From: Guillardia theta CCMP2712
Lineage: Eukaryota > Protista > Cryptophyta
Length of the DNA: 64,000 nucleotides
NCBI RefSeq assembly: GCF_000315625.1
Contig: NW_005434658.1
Location: 939,652-1,003,651, forward strand
Direction of reading: 5' to 3'
The notes below the pieces were generated by a model. That model did no database searches, was not told where the DNA came from, and was given only the letters and a program-made list of their open reading frames with translations. Positions 1 through 9,866 of the stretch are shown piece by piece; the stretch's first letter is position 1; each line of letters begins with the position of its first letter. A program made the translations under genes and the position numbers.

Positions 1-381
1 GCACATCTAAAATTATTTAGCAAATTCTTTGATAATCAAGATCAGGTTGTCACTGTCGGAGATGGAGCGGGTGGTTTTTCATCTCAAAACAATCAAAGCT
101 TGATATACCACTATAAAAATAATGATTTGCAATTGAATTCGTTTGAATTACGATCAAGCGATTTCGCTAAAAATGAATTAGTCTTAACATTTCAAAACAA
201 ATATACAATCGCCGGATCTGCCAATGTTTTACTAAATCATGGCTTAGTCAAGGGGTCTGAATTTAATTTAAGACTGATCATATATGACTATGATGAAGAC
301 CAAGTCAATTATACACCGCCAGAGGCAACAATCAAAAATTTATTGCCTATGAGCAATACTGGAATAAATAAGATTGCTTAA
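1..381 (+). CDS. C-terminal part of a viral protein, possibly a minor capsid/penton-like beta protein
   Basis: Frame 1 is open from base 1 (AHLKLFSKFFDNQ...) to TAA at 379-381; beta-strand-like pattern ending FNLRLIIYD. The penton assignment is a guess. Confidence 0.5.
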   Translation, partial: AHLKLFSKFFDNQDQVVTVGDGAGGFSSQNNQSLIYHYKNNDLQLNSFELRSSDFAKNELVLTFQNKYTIAGSANVLLNHGLVKGSEFNLRLIIYDYDEDQVNYTPPEATIKNLLPMSNTGINKIA

Positions 382-1265
382 GGCCTTGCACCCGCTGCCA
401 TTGATTGCGAATTCTGATAATCATTTAATAGAGATAAATAATGTAGCTTTGTTTCTTGATTTGTGATAAGATTTTGATCAAGCGCAATCTCTAGCAATTT
501 ATACATTTGATCACCGAAACGATCAAATGTTCTTTTTTGTGTTGCTGATCGACGATTTTCATTGAATGATCTTATGAATCTATCATAAGCACCCCTATCA
601 TTTGGAGTTGTTAAAGTTCTATAGAATTGATTAAAATTTTGTGGCAACTGTTGATTTTGTACGATGGTGGCCCTTGGTGAAGATGGCGGGGGTGGTGTTG
701 GGGGCGGTTGTGGTTGTGTTGTTGCTGCCGTTGGCGCAGGTGTTGGGGGTGGAAATGGTTGATATTGTTGAGTTGCCGCTGAATTCTGCGACGCTCCGCT
801 TGGCAAAGCCGAGCCAAATTGTAATGTTTGTGGTGTTGGCAATGTTCCAGCTGCTGGAATTGGTGCCGTTTGTTGCGGTGTTGCTGGCATTGGCATGGCT
901 GGTACTGATGGCATAGCCGGTTGATTGATTAGATTATTAAGCATTTGGTTAAAATTAGTCTGTTGTCTTTGCACATCTTGATAATAATTTTGCATGTCTC
1001 GGCTTAAAGTCTGATACATTGAACGGCCTTGATCATCAATCCTTCTTATCTCATTAAAATTGATAGACCCGAAAGGGTCAGATATAACCCTCATGCCATG
1101 GCCATAAGATAATTGATTTTTATTAGGTGGTAATCTAAGACCAGCCGTTTTTTTTCTTTCTTGTGATTGCTCATCACAACACTCATCATTTTTAGAATTT
1201 AAATTGTTCTCTATCTTCACATTTACAATAAGCGGTTTTGAGGATGTTTTATTTTGTGTTACCAT
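378..1265 (-). CDS. Hypothetical viral protein, 295 aa, Pro/Gln-rich centre, basic N-terminus
   Basis: Intronless ORF with ATG in TAAATG context; proline-rich linker and helical C-terminus. Confidence 0.75.
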   Translation of the reverse strand: MVTQNKTSSKPLIVNVKIENNLNSKNDECCDEQSQERKKTAGLRLPPNKNQLSYGHGMRVISDPFGSINFNEIRRIDDQGRSMYQTLSRDMQNYYQDVQRQQTNFNQMLNNLINQPAMPSVPAMPMPATPQQTAPIPAAGTLPTPQTLQFGSALPSGASQNSAATQQYQPFPPPTPAPTAATTQPQPPPTPPPPSSPRATIVQNQQLPQNFNQFYRTLTTPNDRGAYDRFIRSFNENRRSATQKRTFDRFGDQMYKLLEIALDQNLITNQETKLHYLSLLNDYQNSQSMAAGARP

Positions 1266-1293
1266 TTACATATTATATATTATTTATTTTATT

Positions 1294-2718
1294 TTATCCG
1301 CAATGATATGTACAACCTATAAAAACACATATATAATCAATTCCTTCATAAGTCTCATATCTATGCTTAAAGTTCTTGTAATACCAATCTGAATTCTCAT
1401 CAATAAAATCAACTGGACAGCTTGTTTTTGCTACTGTATAACTATGTAAAAGGTCATCGCTCTGGACCATGCTATAACCCTTAATAGGACTTGAACATAA
1501 GTAATCGCCATTGTCTATTTTTTCTATGTTGTTATAATTCGTTACCCATATGGCACCCTCTCCCACTGCGTTAATCATTACACGATGACCGTCAAGCTTC
1601 TTGTACGCATAATGCCAATTGCCGGTTCTGTAAATTCTCTTATCTCCTTCTTCAACGTTTGAGATGACACCATAAACGGCCTTATCTTTTTCATACTCTG
1701 TTATTTTTATGATTGGTAGGGAACTATCAATTCTTATATTTGAACTAAAATCATTATCAATTCTGTTGAGGTCTTGATAATATCCGGTTGTTGATACTAG
1801 CATACCCTGATAATAATCAATGTTTGAAGTTATATCATCGAGTAAGTTGGAGGTCTCAGCTATACACCTATGCGAACCTGTGAAATCTAAATCGTCATTG
1901 CCATTGTCATTATTTCGGAGCCATTGCTCCCCGACATCGTCATAATTTCCATATTGGAACATTAAATCATTGGCTGCGCTTGACCCACCCAATCCAGCAC
2001 CACCTGAAAGCAAATAAATTTTCCATTTATTCGTATCATAATTCCCACTATAGTCTCTAGGTAAAGTTATTTGATTTGTATTAAGCACTGTGCATTTCAT
2101 ATTGGTCCCTGCTATGATTTCAGTGCCTGATGTGATGTATTGATTAGCAGATATATAACTTGTCGTTGAAATAACAGAATTGCCAGCGATAGGGCCATAA
2201 AAATTTATATACCGTCCGCTAGAATAATAGTTTAAGTATAAAGTTTTATTAGTGCCACAATCAATATACAAATCTCCAGTATTGACAAGGATTTGAGCAC
2301 GTTCAGCAGTTCTAGAATCAGTCCCAGCCCCAATCGATAGGTAACCTCCTAATGATGAAGGACCGAATAATATTTTTGAATTGTTTGCATTGCTAATGGT
2401 TGCATCTCCATTTGTAATAGATAAGCCGCTATTGATACTGAATGTCTGTCCAGCAGGGAGGGATATTCCTCCCGCTGTCGTAGCATAATTTGCTGTCGTT
2501 GCTGTCGTTGCTGTGTTTGCTGTGTTTGCACTTCCTGCTGTTTCAGCATATAATGCAGAAAACCTCTTCCAAGGTTGCCATACATTGTTCCATTTATGCC
2601 TAAAATTTATATATGTATAAGGGTTATTGCTTGCGCTGCCTACATTAGCAGGATACGCAATTTGTAAGCCATAAGACGAGTCACCATTATAATTATAACC
2701 GCTGCCAATGTTACACAC
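1294..2718 (-). CDS. C-terminal part of the giant viral fibre protein (knob-like segment plus FTGSH...GCTYHCG domain), frameshifted relative to the upstream ORF
   Basis: Motifs YGLQIAYP...W..W.RFSALYAETAG, DFTGSHRC, DKAVYGVIS, INAVGEGAIWVTN, NGDYLCSS...GYSMVQSDDLLHSYTVAK and terminal GCTYHCG, typical of algal-virus fibre C-termini; overlaps the end of ORF 2640..9866. Confidence 0.8.
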   Translation of the reverse strand: MCNIGSGYNYNGDSSYGLQIAYPANVGSASNNPYTYINFRHKWNNVWQPWKRFSALYAETAGSANTANTATTATTANYATTAGGISLPAGQTFSINSGLSITNGDATISNANNSKILFGPSSLGGYLSIGAGTDSRTAERAQILVNTGDLYIDCGTNKTLYLNYYSSGRYINFYGPIAGNSVISTTSYISANQYITSGTEIIAGTNMKCTVLNTNQITLPRDYSGNYDTNKWKIYLLSGGAGLGGSSAANDLMFQYGNYDDVGEQWLRNNDNGNDDLDFTGSHRCIAETSNLLDDITSNIDYYQGMLVSTTGYYQDLNRIDNDFSSNIRIDSSLPIIKITEYEKDKAVYGVISNVEEGDKRIYRTGNWHYAYKKLDGHRVMINAVGEGAIWVTNYNNIEKIDNGDYLCSSPIKGYSMVQSDDLLHSYTVAKTSCPVDFIDENSDWYYKNFKHRYETYEGIDYICVFIGCTYHCG

Positions 2719-5700
2719 ATAAAAAATTCAGTCTCATTCGGATTATTTGGAGGAGAATTTAAGGGGGTGGGACCATTTACATAATGAAATCCAAAATTTG
2801 GGAGCCCATTAAAATCTTGATAGTTCGTAGTTGGAAATATGATGCCGCTATTATTGAATAGATAAAAGTTTGGATTTGACACCAAAGCCGGCTTATTTGT
2901 TAAATTATTATAATCTCCATTAAAAAGACTAGTGCTAAGAGCAGAATTATTTATATATAAATCAGTACAGTTTATAATACCATTAACATCAAGTTTATAA
3001 GCTGTGTTAGTTGTTGTTGTAGCAATGCTTACAGTGCCATCATAACTTATTTTCATTTTTGTGTCTGTAGCAGCTTGGCAATCAACTTGATTATCATTAT
3101 TTCTAAGCATAAAATACATATCACCAAGTCCATAACTGTTAAAGCTTCTTTGTATAACCCCTATGGCTTGCGATGCATATTGACCTCTATATATAGAGTG
3201 ATTAAATCCAATAGCACAACGACAATTAGTAGTTGTATTATTTCCATTATCATTTATCAGAAGCATTTTAGGAGCTGTTGAATTTCCTATAATAAATAGA
3301 GGTATGCCTGATTGAGGTTGTGTTGTATCTACTGAGCCATTTCCAAGCACCATGCTTGCAGGACATTTTAACCCTGCGTTTGTAATATCTAGCTTTGTGT
3401 TTGTAATATTTCTATCAATTCTCACTTGTTCAATCCAACTATCACGAATATTATTGGCCCCATATTTTCCAATAACAAAATCAAGATTAGTGTTGAGGCC
3501 AATTCTGAAATCTACACCAGTGCTATTTAGATTTCTAGAAAGTATAATATGACCGTCCGTGTTTGCAACGCTGCTATTTCCGACATGTAGAGGCGCTTGC
3601 GGATTTACATTATTTATGCCTACACAAGGGTTAGATACTAAGCTATCATAAGGATTTACAGTCAAAGGATTATAAATATTTGTATTAAGTTTAGATTCTA
3701 TCCCAAAGAAATTGAGTGCAATGTTAGTAACACCTGTCCCGATTCTATAATCTTGTATGTTTGTGCCAATAGGGTCTAATGAAGATGCCCCGCGTTTGAA
3801 CTCAAGCCACGGCTGACCTCCTGAGTCATATATTCTTAATACTTTCGAAACTAATAAATCATAATAAGTATTGTTATTAAAGTTTAGCTCACCATCTACA
3901 AGCTTAAAACTTGAACTAACAGATGTTATTGTATTACCTGATATAGGAACATCGTTGAATTGTAAATTAGGACCATATATATAAACACCTTGACTATTCC
4001 ATTTTATCCGTGTTGTATTGTACCAACTAATATATCCCCAGTCTGTACTATTAATCACAACCTTATTTCCCCAAGTTGTATCATTAGAAATAAATATATA
4101 ATTGTCATTTGTTTGTTTGACACCAAGAACCAAATATTTATCGTGAAATATCTTAGGTAATTGTGCGCCATCATTATCCTTTAATCCTATTTCAATACCA
4201 TTTGCAGAAATATTCCCTTCAATCTGTAATTTGGAACTATTATTAGGGATTGTGCCTATTCCAACGTTACCGGTATTATAATATATATCATTATTTACTT
4301 TTGTCCATTTTGAAGCTAAACCGCCGCTAGTCGCTAATCCCCCAGTGAATGATAGTAAGCCATTGCTTACACTAAAATCTGCTGATACAAGTTTAATATA
4401 TTCATTTTCTGACAAAAGATAAGGTGACAAAGTGCTTGTCAGACTTGAAGATGTAACATAGCTGCCTAGCGTGCTTGTCAGACCTGAAGATGTAACATAG
4501 CTGCCTAGCGTGCTTGTCAGACTTGAAGATGTAACATAGCTGCCTAGCGTGCTTGTAAGATTTGTATTGGTCACATAGCTTGTAAGATTTGTATTGGTCA
4601 CATAGCCGTCTAGTGTGCTTGTAAGGTTTGTATTGGTCACATAGCTGCCTAGTGTGCTTGTAAGGTTTGTATTGGTCACATAGCTGCCTAGTGTGCTTGT
4701 AAGGTTTGTATTGGTCACATAGCTTGTAAGATTTGTATTGGTCACATAGCCGTCTAGTGTGCTTGTAAGGTTTGTATTGGTCACATAGCTGCCTAGTGTG
4801 CTTGTAAGGTTTGTATTGGTCACATAGCTGCCTAGTGTGCTTGTAAGGTTTGTATTGGTCACATAGCTGCCTAGTGTGCTGGTTAGACTTGAAGATGTCA
4901 CATAGCTTCCTAGCGTGCTTGTAAGGTTTGTATTGGTCACATAGCTGTTTGTGAGACTTAATTGTCCAACAGCTGACACATTAAAATCTGATGTAACATC
5001 TCTTATATATTGATTATCTGATGTAAATAAATCAGGCTTTCCAGTTATTTGAGTATCATAATCAAATGATGTCGGAATGTCACTTATCAAAGCATTGTTT
5101 ATAGAATCAAGGTAGGCCGCTGTGTTTATATCTGAATAACCTGTTGGAATAACAATATTATCTATCTTGTTATCTATTTCTTCATTAGTATATGGATTAA
5201 TTACTTCTTTGATGCTCAATGAACCTACACCATTATACCCGATAATATCTCTTACTTCATTTTGAGTCAATTCTCTATTGAAAAACCTTAAATCTTGATA
5301 ATATGATTGCAAACTTGGAAAAAAACCTTTTGATGGATAGATGTTTCCAAGTAAAGATTTATTCCAAGTCATACTTTGCAAATATGATTTGGGTATATTT
5401 GTTTGAAAAGGAATTCCATTTTGATATAAAATGATACCAGCACCCCCAATTGTTATGGTGTAATGGTCCCACGTATTTAAATTATAGTAAAAATATGATA
5501 CATTTGTTGTTGAATAATTAACTTCGATAGCAATATTTCCATTAGATATATATAATCTGATGCCATAGGCCCCTCCACTGGTTGAATCTATGCCACTGTT
5601 TAAATCGATGATTGTATTACCTATAGTAGGATAACCATCATATCTTTTGATATACAACCAGAAAGAACACGTAAGAAAACCATTATAATCTATTGATGGC

Positions 5701-8700
5701 AATTTTACAATTGTATTTAAAACATAGTAACAAAACCCAGAGAGCGTGCTTGTCTTTGGAATGGCTGCATGTGAGAAAGACACAGTCAATGAACTGCCTC
5801 CAGTGTTATCGCTGAATCTTATTCTTATTGGATAATATTTATATGCTGTATTTAAATATATAGTTCCTGACCGCTCTTGTGTGCCATGAGTTCCACCATT
5901 ATTAACGACCAATGTCTCTGTACCATCTACAGTCAACCAAAGATAGCTTTCATCGTCACTATTAGTATAAAATGTAAAATTGCCTAAGTATCCAGAAGTA
6001 TAAAAATAACCTACATATTCAACTGCGAATCTGTCCTCTGAAATATTCCAAGAATTAGAAATACGAAGTGCAACACCAACGGAATTAATAGGGTCATTTC
6101 CATAATTAGCATATCCATTATTCCATTTTGTATATGCCAAACCATCAAGATTAAAAGTATCGAGAGAGAGACTTTTTTTATTTGTTTTTACAGTATGAGA
6201 CGCAAATGAATGACCGCCATAAGCTATTTGTACATCAGGTTTTAGGGATAAAGTATCAGCCAAAGAATCATCAAATTTGTACCAAGCTATATCAGGAATT
6301 GGACCAGTATATTCGATACTAGGTTTTAAATAACTAGTACCACTGCTAGAATATTGAAAATTATAAGCATCGGTATTTATTATAACATTATCATAGAGCT
6401 TATCTTGAAAATTAAGTGATACAGTTCTATTTGATAACGTTAAATATAAAGCTGTATTTGTTTGATTATATGTCTCTATTTGAATGTGGTCATATATTGA
6501 CACATCATTTGTTTGATTGACTATGAATTGCGCAGGGTCAAAGTTATAAGAATTTTTTTGAATATCTTGATAAAGCTTATTGCTTGTGTTGTTCAATGTT
6601 GTTATATTGATATAATTGCTTGATGCTATCCAATTGTTATAATTGGTAACACTTAGGATATTACTATTAGCTATCCAATTGTTATAATTGGTTGTACTTA
6701 GGATATTACTATTAGCTATCCAATTGTTATAATTGGTTGTACTTAGGATATTACTATTAGCTATCCAATTATTATAATTGGTTGTACTTAGGATATTACT
6801 ATTAGCTATCCAATTATTATAATTGGTTGTACTTAGGATATTACTATTAGCTATCCAATTATTATAATTGGTTGTACTTAGGATATTACTATTAGCTATC
6901 CAATTGTTATAATTGGTAACACTTAGGATATTACTATTAGCTATCCAATTATTATAATTGGTTGTACTTAGGATATTGCTATTAGCTATCCAATTATTAT
7001 AATTGGTAGTACTTAGGATATTGCTTGATGCTATCCAATTATTATAATTGCTTATTTCTAGATAGTCAGGCAATGCCTCGACGACTGATTCTGTCTGTTG
7101 TGTTGTCTGATTATATAATAATTTGACATATCCTGTTCTATTTTGCGAATCATACACATCATTAACATTAGTGACTGCCGTTGTACCTCCCAAAGATAAA
7201 CTTCTCCTACCAACTCCTCCGCTCGTGGTAATACTTGTGGCAACCGTTGATATATCCACATTTTGCACTGATATGTTTTGAGCTACAACCGTTTGCGTGC
7301 TCAAATCTATAACGCTAAGATTACCCCTTTTAATATCTATAAAATCAACCTCTAATTTACCGCTAATCTTTGCCGATAAATCGTTGTTAAATATCTGATT
7401 GATAGCATCAGAATACTTGTTTTCAGTCCAAAATAGATTTATTGTCTCAAGTGTCCAAGATATATATTTGCTTATTGCTATTAAATCGAGTTTATTTGAT
7501 TCATTGATAGCCTCTTGACCTGTTGGCCCTTGCTCGTGGTCTATTATTCTAAAATGATGATTATTATTATTGACATTATATAACTCTTTAAAATTTGTTA
7601 TTTGTGTTGTCCCCTCAATCTTCAATTCAAATTGATTGCGTATTGTATAAAATATGGTTCCATCTTCACGGAGAACAAAGCAATAAAAATTTAGTTCAGC
7701 GATGCGACTATTTTGAACACTAAAAACAGGGCCGCCAATATTTGGATAAACATAAGCAAAAGCATTTATATTTATCGTTTTCTTCTCGTAGCTTAAAACA
7801 TTGTTTGTATTCTTATAATATATCTCAAACACTAAATCAAGAGATATGTTGGTAATATTTAGCGAACCATCTTGAGTTATTTGATAATCTAGATAACAAA
7901 TAAAACCTCTATTATTTGGTATATTCTCAGTTGTTAAACCAGCCAAATAATAATTGAATAAATTATATTTGCCGCTGTAATATTTGCCATTCATATAATT
8001 AGTCTTAGGTCTAAATTGATAATAAAAATAGATAGAGAATTTATTTGTAAAACTAATGTCAAAACATTCGATATAAAAATTGTCTGGGATGGCTGTCATT
8101 CTATTTGCAAAAGAATACCTGACCCATTCCCTATCTTGTGCTGGATAGGTTGGCACGGTTTCATATGGAGAACCATTCAAAAAGTCCCAATTGTCATAAG
8201 TAATTGTATATGTATCATTCAATTGATTTTTAATATAGTTCGGTGCTATTAGTTGATTGCCTTGTAATTTTAGGAAGATATCGGCTATATATAGACTGTC
8301 TGGCCCTGTTACAGTAAGCTTCTTTGTTGTGAATGATTCTCCTATTAGAGCAAATTGATTTGCCATTTGTGTTTGATTAACAAAATTAGAGCTATTTATA
8401 AAATTTGTGTAGGTATCCGTTTTCAGGAAATTAGAGCTATTGAGATAATTTGCATAGACATCCGTTTTTAGGAAGTTTGAGCTTGCCAGATTTTGATATG
8501 AAAGAAATGTATCCAATCCCTGCTGTTTTGTGTAAAAGTCTGTTGATAATTCCCATTCTTGATTATCATTGAAATATAGATTGCCTATAAACCCCGGTTT
8601 GACATCGTTTATAAGTGTGCTTGCTGTATGTTTTGTTCTTATATGATTGTATAATACATTTGACTCTTCATATATTTTGTTGAATAATATATTAGACTCT

Positions 8701-9866
8701 GTCAATATATGATCAAATAATATATTTGACTCATCGTATATGTGATTATATAATATGTTCGATGTATTATCAATTATATCATCTATCTCATTTTTGTCAT
8801 AGATATTAGGGACAATAATATCATCAATAAAAAGAGTTTTACCTTTGAATATTGTTTTATATTGCTTTAATGTTTGCAGTGCATAATTGCTACCAAATAC
8901 AAATTCATTTAATTCATCTTGTGTTAATTCATTGCCTAATGTTATAACTTCTTCACCTTGAAAAACAATATTTCTTTCGTCTAAAACTGTCTGTTCCTGT
9001 CCATCAATAACAAGCAATTTATACGTGTCATTATATATAAATGCTTCGTTAGGGACCAAAGCAAGTTTTTCACCATCTGTTAGATTCCTAGAATATATTT
9101 TAATGACTCTACCTTGTAATTTAGTATTTATTACCTCATTTTCAAGAACAGAAATAACAACACCTAATGATAATCTTAAAACATTAATCCACGAGAGAAT
9201 AAACAGGCCATCAGCTTTTGAGGTGTTTGTTCCTGACGCTATCAATCCCCCAATGAAGCCAGTTCCAATTGCTAGCCCTCCTTTTATAATTTCACCTAAA
9301 CCACTAAATAAATTAAAGCCATTTTCAGCCGTATCGTCCAAATCTTCTAAGGATTGGGCAGCATTTGCGGTTTCTTGCGCGGCAGCATTGTTGTTTAAAT
9401 CATCTAATTGTTGTTTAATCTGTTGAATTGTAATAAATGAGCCGTTTTCAAGTGTGAATTTAATGATATATTTATTAGGATTAGTCTGATATTTGACATA
9501 TAATATATTCCTATTGTTGTTTGTTAAAATGGTCTCATTCGTGTTAGAATCATATTTGATAAGAGATTGCAGATCTAGAACAAAATTTGATGTGTTAAAC
9601 AATATATTGCTTGTTTCAATTAAGTTATTACTAGTAATAAGTAATAAATCATTTGTTTCAATTAAGTTATTGCTAGTTTCAATGGTGATAATTTCTAGAT
9701 CGTTAGTCTTTTGAAATAGTTCGGTTGTCTGATGATTAAGGACATCAACATTACTATAAAGGACATTGATATTTGAATTTATTTTATTAAAAATAGGCGT
9801 TAAAGTTGTGTTATTAGTAGTGCCGACATACTGATATAAATTTTGATATCTATTGTCACATGACAT
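2640..9866 (-). CDS. Giant viral fibre/adhesin-like protein (2,408 aa as read; about 2,860 aa if fused with 1294..2718)
   Basis: 7.2-kb intronless ORF: TSN-rich coiled coil, hydrophobic segment, 15-aa and 13-aa tandem repeats, LamG motifs (AWYKFDD; SFWLY; WDHYTITI; LYQNG; DLRFFNRELTQNEV), PA14 motifs (YVGYF...FTFYTNSDDESYLW...VVNNGGTHG...YPIRIRF), YYNTGNVGIGT and VGINNVNPQAPLHV fibre repeats. Confidence 0.85.
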   Translation of the reverse strand: MSCDNRYQNLYQYVGTTNNTTLTPIFNKINSNINVLYSNVDVLNHQTTELFQKTNDLEIITIETSNNLIETNDLLLITSNNLIETSNILFNTSNFVLDLQSLIKYDSNTNETILTNNNRNILYVKYQTNPNKYIIKFTLENGSFITIQQIKQQLDDLNNNAAAQETANAAQSLEDLDDTAENGFNLFSGLGEIIKGGLAIGTGFIGGLIASGTNTSKADGLFILSWINVLRLSLGVVISVLENEVINTKLQGRVIKIYSRNLTDGEKLALVPNEAFIYNDTYKLLVIDGQEQTVLDERNIVFQGEEVITLGNELTQDELNEFVFGSNYALQTLKQYKTIFKGKTLFIDDIIVPNIYDKNEIDDIIDNTSNILYNHIYDESNILFDHILTESNILFNKIYEESNVLYNHIRTKHTASTLINDVKPGFIGNLYFNDNQEWELSTDFYTKQQGLDTFLSYQNLASSNFLKTDVYANYLNSSNFLKTDTYTNFINSSNFVNQTQMANQFALIGESFTTKKLTVTGPDSLYIADIFLKLQGNQLIAPNYIKNQLNDTYTITYDNWDFLNGSPYETVPTYPAQDREWVRYSFANRMTAIPDNFYIECFDISFTNKFSIYFYYQFRPKTNYMNGKYYSGKYNLFNYYLAGLTTENIPNNRGFICYLDYQITQDGSLNITNISLDLVFEIYYKNTNNVLSYEKKTININAFAYVYPNIGGPVFSVQNSRIAELNFYCFVLREDGTIFYTIRNQFELKIEGTTQITNFKELYNVNNNNHHFRIIDHEQGPTGQEAINESNKLDLIAISKYISWTLETINLFWTENKYSDAINQIFNNDLSAKISGKLEVDFIDIKRGNLSVIDLSTQTVVAQNISVQNVDISTVATSITTSGGVGRRSLSLGGTTAVTNVNDVYDSQNRTGYVKLLYNQTTQQTESVVEALPDYLEISNYNNWIASSNILSTTNYNNWIANSNILSTTNYNNWIANSNILSVTNYNNWIANSNILSTTNYNNWIANSNILSTTNYNNWIANSNILSTTNYNNWIANSNILSTTNYNNWIANSNILSTTNYNNWIANSNILSVTNYNNWIASSNYINITTLNNTSNKLYQDIQKNSYNFDPAQFIVNQTNDVSIYDHIQIETYNQTNTALYLTLSNRTVSLNFQDKLYDNVIINTDAYNFQYSSSGTSYLKPSIEYTGPIPDIAWYKFDDSLADTLSLKPDVQIAYGGHSFASHTVKTNKKSLSLDTFNLDGLAYTKWNNGYANYGNDPINSVGVALRISNSWNISEDRFAVEYVGYFYTSGYLGNFTFYTNSDDESYLWLTVDGTETLVVNNGGTHGTQERSGTIYLNTAYKYYPIRIRFSDNTGGSSLTVSFSHAAIPKTSTLSGFCYYVLNTIVKLPSIDYNGFLTCSFWLYIKRYDGYPTIGNTIIDLNSGIDSTSGGAYGIRLYISNGNIAIEVNYSTTNVSYFYYNLNTWDHYTITIGGAGIILYQNGIPFQTNIPKSYLQSMTWNKSLLGNIYPSKGFFPSLQSYYQDLRFFNRELTQNEVRDIIGYNGVGSLSIKEVINPYTNEEIDNKIDNIVIPTGYSDINTAAYLDSINNALISDIPTSFDYDTQITGKPDLFTSDNQYIRDVTSDFNVSAVGQLSLTNSYVTNTNLTSTLGSYVTSSSLTSTLGSYVTNTNLTSTLGSYVTNTNLTSTLGSYVTNTNLTSTLDGYVTNTNLTSYVTNTNLTSTLGSYVTNTNLTSTLGSYVTNTNLTSTLDGYVTNTNLTSYVTNTNLTSTLGSYVTSSSLTSTLGSYVTSSGLTSTLGSYVTSSSLTSTLSPYLLSENEYIKLVSADFSVSNGLLSFTGGLATSGGLASKWTKVNNDIYYNTGNVGIGTIPNNSSKLQIEGNISANGIEIGLKDNDGAQLPKIFHDKYLVLGVKQTNDNYIFISNDTTWGNKVVINSTDWGYISWYNTTRIKWNSQGVYIYGPNLQFNDVPISGNTITSVSSSFKLVDGELNFNNNTYYDLLVSKVLRIYDSGGQPWLEFKRGASSLDPIGTNIQDYRIGTGVTNIALNFFGIESKLNTNIYNPLTVNPYDSLVSNPCVGINNVNPQAPLHVGNSSVANTDGHIILSRNLNSTGVDFRIGLNTNLDFVIGKYGANNIRDSWIEQVRIDRNITNTKLDITNAGLKCPASMVLGNGSVDTTQPQSGIPLFIIGNSTAPKMLLINDNGNNTTTNCRCAIGFNHSIYRGQYASQAIGVIQRSFNSYGLGDMYFMLRNNDNQVDCQAATDTKMKISYDGTVSIATTTTNTAYKLDVNGIINCTDLYINNSALSTSLFNGDYNNLTNKPALVSNPNFYLFNNSGIIFPTTNYQDFNGLPNFGFHYVNGPTPLNSPPNNPNETEFFMCVTLAAVIIIMVTRLMAYKLRILLM
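4432..4946 (-). repeat. In-frame 39-bp tandem repeat (SYVTNTNLTSTLG / SYVTSSSLTSTLG), about 14 units including two 27-bp truncated units
   Basis: Seen directly in the DNA and the translation. Confidence 0.95.
6615..7049 (-). repeat. In-frame 45-bp tandem repeat (ILSTTNYNNWIANSN), about 10 units
   Basis: Seen directly in the DNA and the translation. Confidence 0.95.

Noticed and set aside
4432-7049. CRISPR array
   Set aside because: Repeats are contiguous, in-frame coding units with no unique spacers, and no cas genes are present.
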